Shown here: in pieces, positions 57,257 to 64,000 of the stretch | Position numbering within the stretch: the first letter of the stretch is position 1 | How the letters are laid out: the number at the start of each line of letters is the position of its first letter | Source: Desulfosudaceae bacterium | GTDB lineage: Bacteria > Desulfobacterota > Desulfobacteria > Desulfobacterales > Desulfosudaceae | DNA length: 64,000 nucleotides | NCBI GenBank assembly: GCA_963674745.2 | Contig: CAXXDV010000003.1 | Span: 384,001 to 448,000 of the forward strand | Direction: 5' to 3' | Program-made: the position numbers and the translations under genes | The notes under the pieces: generated by a model | What the model saw: the letters and a program-made list of their open reading frames with translations, nothing else | What the model was told of the DNA's origin: nothing | The model's database searches: none

Positions 57257-58489
57257 ATGCAGGCACTGCAATTAAACATTACGCCGTTAACCTTTGTTGC
57301 CGGAAAGATTTGCGCCGCAATGTTGGGTAAATCCGCTTATTATCGGGGTCCCGGCAGAACCATAAAACTGGTTGATATTCCCGAGCCGTCACTGCCGTCG
57401 CCGGACTGGGTTAAAATCCGGACGATTGCCTGCGGGTTCTGCGGCAGTGATTTGAACCTGATCATGTTGCATGACTCACCCAGCGCCCAGCCCTTTACCT
57501 CGTTCCCCTGTGTCATCGGCCATGAATTCGTAGGGGAGGTTGTAGAAACCGGTTCGCAGGTCAACGGTTTTTCCGTCGGGGACCGGGTGGTCGTCAATCC
57601 CGCTCTGAGCTGCCGTGCCCGGGGCGTTGAACCTTTGTGCCCCAGTTGTCGGGTTGGTCGCGAAGGAAACTGTGAGCAAACGGCGGAAGGCGCCTTTGCG
57701 CCCGGAATGTTTCTGGGTATCTGTAAAGATCTTAACGGCGGATTCGCCCCTTATGTGGCGGCCCATCAAAGCCAGCTTTTTCATGTGCCGGCGCCGTTAA
57801 CGACCGATATGGCGGTAATGACCGAACCGGTTTCAGTTGCCCTGCAGACCGTGTTTGACAACCGGCCGGTGGGAAAGGAAAAGATTCTGGTCATCGGCGG
57901 CGGGGTTATCGGCAACCTGGTGATCCAGTCTGTAAGGGCGCTTGCTCCGGACTGCCGGATTTCCGTGATAGAGCCTTCGCCATTTGCCGCCGAACTGGCC
58001 CTTGCCTGCGGCGCCGAGAACATTATCCCCCCGGCTGAAATTTTTTCTAAAACAACCGAAATTACCGGTGCCAGGCTATATAAACCCATGATCGGCCAAC
58101 CGGTTCCCATGGGCGGTTTTGACCGGGTTTATGACACCGTCGGTGCGGCCGCCACCCTTAACCTGAGCATGCGGGTTTTAAAAGCCATGGGGACGTTAAG
58201 CGTGGTGGGCATCGGCGGTGATGTCAAGCTGGATCTGACCCCGTTGTGGCTGAAGCTTCAGACAATCAAGGGGGTTTTTGCCTACGGCACGGTGAATGAT
58301 AACGGAAGGCAGCGTCATGTGTTTGAAGTGGCCATGGACATGATGGCGCAGAATAAGATCGAAGCGGAAAAACTGGTTACCCACCGTTTTCGGCTGGAAG
58401 ATTATCGCCGTATGATCGAGGTCAACATGAGCAAGGGCAAGCGCAGGGCCATGAAAACCGTTGTGACCTTCGATTCAACAAAACCCTAG
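57257..58489 (+). CDS. Zinc-dependent medium-chain dehydrogenase
   Basis: CGSD, GHE; structural Zn C..CPSC..C; TEP; GGGVIG. Confidence 0.9.
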   Translation: MQALQLNITPLTFVAGKICAAMLGKSAYYRGPGRTIKLVDIPEPSLPSPDWVKIRTIACGFCGSDLNLIMLHDSPSAQPFTSFPCVIGHEFVGEVVETGSQVNGFSVGDRVVVNPALSCRARGVEPLCPSCRVGREGNCEQTAEGAFAPGMFLGICKDLNGGFAPYVAAHQSQLFHVPAPLTTDMAVMTEPVSVALQTVFDNRPVGKEKILVIGGGVIGNLVIQSVRALAPDCRISVIEPSPFAAELALACGAENIIPPAEIFSKTTEITGARLYKPMIGQPVPMGGFDRVYDTVGAAATLNLSMRVLKAMGTLSVVGIGGDVKLDLTPLWLKLQTIKGVFAYGTVNDNGRQRHVFEVAMDMMAQNKIEAEKLVTHRFRLEDYRRMIEVNMSKGKRRAMKTVVTFDSTKP

Positions 58490-58526
58490 AAATGTTTCTA
58501 TAAAACAATGAACGAGGATACTTGTT

Positions 58527-58883
58527 ATGAGATTGAAAATTTTATTGTTCGGACTGTACGGGCTGTTGTGGTTTTCATCCAAAACCAACACCTCATTTAA
58601 AAAGTTTATCCGCAAAGCCAGGGTCAGGATGATGATCAGGACCGAAGACGGTCGATATGCCAGGTTGTTCATATTTGATATGGGAAAAATCACCACCGTC
58701 ACCGATCCCGATCAACCCTTTGACGCGGCCCTGACCTGGAAGGATCCGAAAACGGCTTTTTCCGTCCTGCTCAAGCAGAACATGGAGGCCATTTTTTATG
58801 CCGCCGCGGACGGAAATCTGAAGATTGAAGGGATGCCGGTGTATGCCCAGTGGTTTGACGCGGCAATGGGCCATATCATGTAG
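58527..58883 (+). CDS. Small SCP2 (sterol carrier)-like protein
   Basis: D..LTWKD...AF.VL.....AAADGNLKIEG, resembling the SCP2 C-terminal G.LKIEG. Confidence 0.55.
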   Translation: MRLKILLFGLYGLLWFSSKTNTSFKKFIRKARVRMMIRTEDGRYARLFIFDMGKITTVTDPDQPFDAALTWKDPKTAFSVLLKQNMEAIFYAAADGNLKIEGMPVYAQWFDAAMGHIM

Positions 58884-58950
58884 TTAAGACAAACATTAAC
58901 TTCGGAAAATAACAAAAAAATAATCATCGCCAGCAAGAAAGGGAATCCCA

Positions 58951-60624
58951 ATGTCAAAGTCAACCATCTCAGGCGGTCATCTTGTGGCCAGGTATTTGAA
59001 AGAAAATGAGAACATAACCCACGTATTCACGCTTTCCGGCGGCCATATCGAAGCCATTCTGGACGGTATGACCGAATACAACATCACCGCCATTGACGTC
59101 CGCCATGAACAGGTGGCGGCCATGATGGCCCATGCCTGGTCCGTTTACAACAATACGCCCGGTGTCTGTCTGGTGACGGCCGGTCCGGGATTTACCAACG
59201 CCCTGACCGGTATTGTAAATGCCCATCTGGAAAACGTTCCCCTGGTCGTGCTTTGCGGCCGTCATCCTGTCCGGGACGACCTTAAAGGGGCGCTCCAGGA
59301 AATGAACCAGATTGATATGGTCAAGCCGGTGACCAAATGGGCTGCCACCTGTTATGACCCCCGGCGCATCCCCGAATACCTGTCCATTGCCTTCCGTCAG
59401 GCCACCATGGGGCGGCCCGGGCCGGTATTTCTGGAACTGCCGCCGGATATCCTGTTTGCTGAAATCGACAGCAGCAGTGCCCCGGTCCCGTCTCGCAGGC
59501 GTCATAAAACCGCGGTCCGGCCGGAAACATCCGATCTGGAAGCAGCCGCACGTATTATTAACAGTGCCCAAAAGCCGGTTTTGATCGGCGGCAGCGGTAT
59601 CGGTATGAGCGATTGCGGCGCCAGTCTCAAGTCATTTGTAGACAAGACCGGTATTCCGTTCGCACTGGTCAACTACGGCCGGGGCGTGTTACCGGATGAT
59701 CATCCGCTTTCGTTGAGTGAAGGCGGTTTTACAGGTATTGCTTCGGGCCTGCCGGTGGCAGACGTGGTCGTTGCGGTGGGGCTGAGATTCAACTGGGTCC
59801 TGCAGTCCGGTCAGCTTTTTCCCGATGCCAAGGTCATCCGCATTGACATCGATCCCAGCGAGCTTGACCGTAACATGACCGCCACGGTGGGACTGGAAGG
59901 AGATGCCGGCATGGTGCTGGATCAACTCCTGCCGCTGGTGGAAAAGCGGGATCATACCGAATGGGTGGACACGTTCAAGCGGGCCTGCACCGCGTTTATG
60001 ACAACCGAACTCGAAAAACGGCAGCAGCCGTCCGATCCCATTCACCCGGCCCGGCTGGTGGAGCAGGTGATGAGTGTTTTCGGCAATGATGCCTACTATG
60101 TGGCCGACGGCGGAGACACCACCTATTACGGCCTGTCCGGTTTTTCCTCGGTTCACCGGGCCGGTGTCCTGATTCCGGCCGGCGGTTTGCTGGGCTGCCT
60201 GGGCACCGGTATCCCTTTTGCCCTGGCCGCCAAACTGGCCCATCCGGACAAGCCGGTCATTGTTTTAAACGGTGACGGTTCCTTCGGTTTTAACAGCATG
60301 GAGTTCGACACGGCCGTGCGTCACAATATCCCCATTATCTGCGTGGTCAACAATGACTGTGCCTGGGGCATGATCAAGCATTCCCAGGAAATCAGCCTCG
60401 GGCATGACCGCTGCACCTGCAGCGAACTGGGCATGCGTCACTACGAAAAGATGGTGGAAGGATTAGGCGGTTACGGTGAGCTGGTCACCAAAGACGAGGA
60501 GATCGTACCTGCCTTAAAACGGGCCGTGGCATCCGGGAAACCGGCCTGCATCAACGTGGTTACCGATCCGACTGTGACCAGCCAGGCCACGATTCTGTTT
60601 TATCAGAGCTTTGGTGAGTTGTAA
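58951..60624 (+). CDS. Thiamine diphosphate-dependent enzyme (2-hydroxyacyl-CoA lyase / IlvB-like family)
   Basis: FTLSGGHI, VRHEQ, TAGPG.TN, GALQE, GDGS..NN ThDP motif. Confidence 0.88.
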   Translation: MSKSTISGGHLVARYLKENENITHVFTLSGGHIEAILDGMTEYNITAIDVRHEQVAAMMAHAWSVYNNTPGVCLVTAGPGFTNALTGIVNAHLENVPLVVLCGRHPVRDDLKGALQEMNQIDMVKPVTKWAATCYDPRRIPEYLSIAFRQATMGRPGPVFLELPPDILFAEIDSSSAPVPSRRRHKTAVRPETSDLEAAARIINSAQKPVLIGGSGIGMSDCGASLKSFVDKTGIPFALVNYGRGVLPDDHPLSLSEGGFTGIASGLPVADVVVAVGLRFNWVLQSGQLFPDAKVIRIDIDPSELDRNMTATVGLEGDAGMVLDQLLPLVEKRDHTEWVDTFKRACTAFMTTELEKRQQPSDPIHPARLVEQVMSVFGNDAYYVADGGDTTYYGLSGFSSVHRAGVLIPAGGLLGCLGTGIPFALAAKLAHPDKPVIVLNGDGSFGFNSMEFDTAVRHNIPIICVVNNDCAWGMIKHSQEISLGHDRCTCSELGMRHYEKMVEGLGGYGELVTKDEEIVPALKRAVASGKPACINVVTDPTVTSQATILFYQSFGEL

Positions 60625-60634
60625 ATTTTCGGTT

Positions 60635-61696
60635 TTATTTAAAAAAATCGTTCTGGGCCAGAAAGCGGTACCATTCACGGCCTTTTTTATGATCGTTGAA
60701 GATGAGCCAGTGGCCGCCGGTAAGGAAGTGATAGTGGGTCAGATCCCAGGCCTCGCAAAGACCCCGGGTATGTTCAACAGGACACAGTTTGTCTCCCCGG
60801 GAGGCAATAACCAGGATCCTGTCTGCCGTCAGGCGGGGGCGCATGTTGGCCGGAGAATGAAACGTCCAGACCTGCCTGATTTTTCCTGCCAACTCAGATG
60901 AAACAGGGAAGGGTAACCTGGCTGAATCCGGTCCGAACGGCGCCGAGAAGTTTACGGCCGGCACCATCATGGCCGTAAAGGCCGGGCGGTCAGAAAGACA
61001 GGTGAACAGGGCGGCATTGTATCCGCCCAGGCTGGCGCCGATCAGGCCGATTTTTTTCATTCCCAGTTCGTCTAAAATCAGAATTGTACTTTGCAGATCG
61101 TGCATGGTCTGCCCGAAACATTCACATGTCATGGGCACATTGTCCGGCTGCAGGAATATCCCCCGTCGCATTCTGTTGCCCGGCGCTCTTCTCCAGTGAA
61201 AGGGGGTGATGAACAGGGCCACGTCAAGCCCCTGTTCAAATAATTTTCTGACTTTAAACATCCGTGCCGCCTGCCGGGGGTCACCCAGCATGAAGCCATG
61301 CAGGCAGAGTACGGTGTCCCGGGGCCTGTCACCATGGGTCCAGCGAATGAGATAACCGGAGCGGTTGTTCTCAAAGTCATTATAGCTGTCAGCCAGCATC
61401 GGATTTCTGGTTTCATATCCGCTGGGAAACGACCAGACCTGTATTTTTCCTTCATGATATGGCTTTGTTTCAACCAGACGATAGGTCGGTGCCAGTCCAG
61501 GCAGACGGAAAAATGACGCCGGTGACTGGATGAATCCATTATCAATGTAATAGTCGAGCTGCTGTTCGTAGGTGGCAAGGTCAATATGGCGTTTGGGCTT
61601 GAACGGCAGCAACAGTTTGGGCGGGGCCAGAAACAAGCTGTCAACCACGCCGCCTGCAGCATCTAAAAACGGATGTCTAGAGGGGGACATGACCAT
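60635..61696 (-). CDS. Alpha/beta hydrolase family protein
   Basis: CLHGF, PFH.RR, GASLGG, GDK, GGH. Confidence 0.8.
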   Translation of the reverse strand: MVMSPSRHPFLDAAGGVVDSLFLAPPKLLLPFKPKRHIDLATYEQQLDYYIDNGFIQSPASFFRLPGLAPTYRLVETKPYHEGKIQVWSFPSGYETRNPMLADSYNDFENNRSGYLIRWTHGDRPRDTVLCLHGFMLGDPRQAARMFKVRKLFEQGLDVALFITPFHWRRAPGNRMRRGIFLQPDNVPMTCECFGQTMHDLQSTILILDELGMKKIGLIGASLGGYNAALFTCLSDRPAFTAMMVPAVNFSAPFGPDSARLPFPVSSELAGKIRQVWTFHSPANMRPRLTADRILVIASRGDKLCPVEHTRGLCEAWDLTHYHFLTGGHWLIFNDHKKGREWYRFLAQNDFFK

Positions 61697-61875
61697 TTCT
61701 CCCTTATTTATGGGTGCCTTTGAGCCAATCGTATTTTAATCGTTTTGTACCATGATATTTTCCATCCGGCAACCGTACCCGGCGTTATTTTTTAGGACAG
61801 GGATTTCACGGATTACACGGGATAAAGGCGACCGGCGGGGCGCCCCAGGGACCGTGGGGAACGTCCATGAACAAT

Positions 61876-61972
61876 GTAGGGGCAGGCCCCCGTGCCTGCC
61901 CGGTGAAGGGCAACCACAGGGGGTTGCCCCTACAGGCCTTGGGTATTAAGAACAACCGCGGGTTGCCCCTAC
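61876..61972. repeat. GTAG-type REP cluster
   Basis: GTAGgggcaggcccccgtgcctgccc..gggcaacc..ggttgcccCTAC, plus a second ggttgcccCTAC. Confidence 0.75.
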
Positions 61973-62142
61973 GAGGCCAGACATTACCAAGGTCTACTTA
62001 AAAAACTTTAAAACCTAAAACTTTTTAAACAATTGTGAAATAAGCCAAAAAAGGATTGCCATAAAGCCATAATAGTGCCATTATTCGAAAAATATGGGGA
62101 CAGGTCATCAAGTTTAAAATTATTTAATAAAATAGGGTTGTT

Positions 62143-63180
62143 ATGATTCGAGCGGTTGTCGTTGGCGCTACCGGATATGCCGGCGCCGAACTGGTCCGGC
62201 TGTTGGCCGGGCATGTGGACGTGACGGTCACCATGGTTACATCCCGTCAGTATGCCGGGCAGTCAATGTCAGATATCTATCCGGCCTTTGGTGGTACTGT
62301 GGATATAACCATCAGTGAATTCTCCGCTGATGCAGTAGCAGATAACGCGGATGTGGTATTTACGGCGCTGCCCCACGAGTTACCCATGACCATTGTTCCA
62401 GGTCTGGTGGATCGCGGATGCCGTGTCATCGATTTATCGGCTGATTTCCGGTTTTCCGATCCGCTGGTCTATGAAACCGCCTACCAGAAACATACCGCCC
62501 CGGATTATTGCGCCCAAAGCGTGTATGGCCTGTGTGAGATATATCCGGATCAAATTAAAACGGCCCGCCTGATAGGCAATCCCGGATGTTATCCCACCAG
62601 TGTCCTGCTTCCGCTTATTCCGTTGGTAAGAGAAAAAATCATCAAGATTGAAACCATTATTGCGGATGCCAAATCGGGTGTCAGCGGTGCCGGCCGGTCG
62701 CTGTCTTTAGGGACGCATATCTGTGAGGTCAGTGAATCCTTCAAGGCCTATAAAGTCAACAGCCATCGCCATGCCCCGGAAATGGAGAGTGTGTTAAGTG
62801 CCGAGGCGGGCGCTGCCGCCCGGCTGGTGTTCGTACCCCATCTGGTGCCCATGATTCGGGGGATGCTGACCACGATTTATGCCGATCTGCAAAAAGATGT
62901 GTCCGTTGGACATGTCCTGGATATACTGGGTGAAACTTACAACAACAAAAAGTTTGTTCGCCTTTGTCCGGAAGGGCGTTTCCCTGAGACAAGATTCGTA
63001 CGCGGCAGCAATTATTGCGATATCGGCGTGGCCGTGGACACCCGGAGCCGGCGGTTGATACTGGTGTCGGCAATTGATAACCTTGTCAAAGGCGCATCCG
63101 GACAGGCGGTTCAGAATATGAACCTGATGTTTAATATTGACGAGAGCCGGGGACTTGATATGATGCCCTTTCCAGTTTAA
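62143..63180 (+). CDS. argC: N-acetyl-gamma-glutamyl-phosphate reductase
   Basis: GATGYAG, DLSADFR, NPGCYPT, SGVSGAGR, IDNLVKGASGQAVQNMN. Confidence 0.96.
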   Translation: MIRAVVVGATGYAGAELVRLLAGHVDVTVTMVTSRQYAGQSMSDIYPAFGGTVDITISEFSADAVADNADVVFTALPHELPMTIVPGLVDRGCRVIDLSADFRFSDPLVYETAYQKHTAPDYCAQSVYGLCEIYPDQIKTARLIGNPGCYPTSVLLPLIPLVREKIIKIETIIADAKSGVSGAGRSLSLGTHICEVSESFKAYKVNSHRHAPEMESVLSAEAGAAARLVFVPHLVPMIRGMLTTIYADLQKDVSVGHVLDILGETYNNKKFVRLCPEGRFPETRFVRGSNYCDIGVAVDTRSRRLILVSAIDNLVKGASGQAVQNMNLMFNIDESRGLDMMPFPV

Positions 63181-63274
63181 CGACAGGTAAAGGGGTGCCG
63201 TCCCATTGGAACGGTTTGGGGGTGCCCGTGGCCGTGTGCTTCACCGGGCAAAATAACGATGATATAGGGAGGTT

Positions 63275-64000
63275 ATGATGGGTATGCAAAAAGAAAGAAT
63301 TGTCTTGCTGGTTTGCTGTGTGATGATCATGGCACTGGCTGGCCTGGGGGTCAGCGGCTGCTCTTCCGACAAGAGCACCGAAACACCCAAGGCTGAAAAA
63401 GCCGTGGAACAGCCTGCGGCCGAAAAGGCTGCTGAAAAACCGGCAGTTGAAAAGGAAACAGCCAAGGCAGAAGAAGGTTGCGGCAAAGAAGAACCCGCCA
63501 AAGAAGAACCTGCACCCAAAAAGAAAGGCCCTTCTCTGGATCAGTGGAAACCGGCCTTTGACCCTTCAGGTGCTGAATACAAATGTATTGTATCTAATGT
63601 GTCCCATCCGGTTATCAAGGGGGTTTACGCCGGATTTGCCATTCGTGACGCGCTGTGGGAGGCGACCAACGGGCGGATTTACCTTGATTATAAACCGTTT
63701 TCCATGCTCGGTGGAGAAGTCGAAGTGCTGAACCAGCTTCAGATGGGTGCCATTCAGGGTATGGCCGTGAGCTCAGTGGCCGCCACCAACCTCGGTCCCC
63801 GGTTCGGATTGATCAACCTGCCGTTTCTGATCAATTCCTTTGACAAACTGGACAAATTTATTGCCAGCGGTGACCTGTTTGAACATTTTATGATGGCCAT
63901 GGATCACCAGGGCATCATCGGCCTTGATATCACCGGTTATGGAAATTACGGCTGGGCAACCACCACCCCGGTCAGAAAAATCGAAGACGCCAAAAAGGTC
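63275..64000 (+). CDS. TRAP transporter substrate-binding protein (DctP family), lipoprotein; truncated by window end and absent from the ORF track
   Basis: SD ggagg; ATG 63275; lipobox VSG-C; E/K/A/P linker; TNGRI...LGGEVEVLNQLQMGAI..LPFL; frame open to the end. Confidence 0.85.
   Translation, partial: MMGMQKERIVLLVCCVMIMALAGLGVSGCSSDKSTETPKAEKAVEQPAAEKAAEKPAVEKETAKAEEGCGKEEPAKEEPAPKKKGPSLDQWKPAFDPSGAEYKCIVSNVSHPVIKGVYAGFAIRDALWEATNGRIYLDYKPFSMLGGEVEVLNQLQMGAIQGMAVSSVAATNLGPRFGLINLPFLINSFDKLDKFIASGDLFEHFMMAMDHQGIIGLDITGYGNYGWATTTPVRKIEDAKKV

Overview
A 64-kb bacterial chromosome segment. Gene content and intergenic repeat types suggest a deltaproteobacterial (Desulfobacterales-like) anaerobe; this is inferred, not searched. 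The left ~19 kb is accessory and envelope-related. It holds a VIT-vWA protein ending in a GlyGly-CTERM-like tail next to a rhombosortase-like protease, a small secreted repeat protein, a CapA remnant, an outer-membrane barrel plus Ig-repeat pair, and a hybrid kinase. It also holds a TonB metal-uptake operon led by an ~18-unit DxDxDG repeat protein, behind a structured leader that ends in a terminator. The middle is mostly housekeeping: ptsP, a YcaO-like gene, tRNA-Leu(CAG), ribF-def-fmt-rsmB-PASTA-rpe-aroQ-dtd, an M18 peptidase, a PBP4-like gene, a YgiQ-type radical SAM, btuR/cobO and cls. The right part has a GalT/HIT-like orphan, an activase pair, an SphA-type channel plus MCP, a TetR-controlled ADH/SCP2/ThDP-enzyme operon, argC and a partial TRAP DctP. 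Intergenic DNA carries REP-like and MITE-like palindromes and 8-nt-period arrays. No CRISPR array, rRNA, transposase or integrase was seen. The best novelty candidates are the TonB operon with its leader RNA, the VIT-vWA/rhombosortase module, the repeat-bracketed gene inserted between fmt and rsmB, a probable ATC-initiated gene and the GalT-like orphan. All family assignments come from motif recognition by eye.
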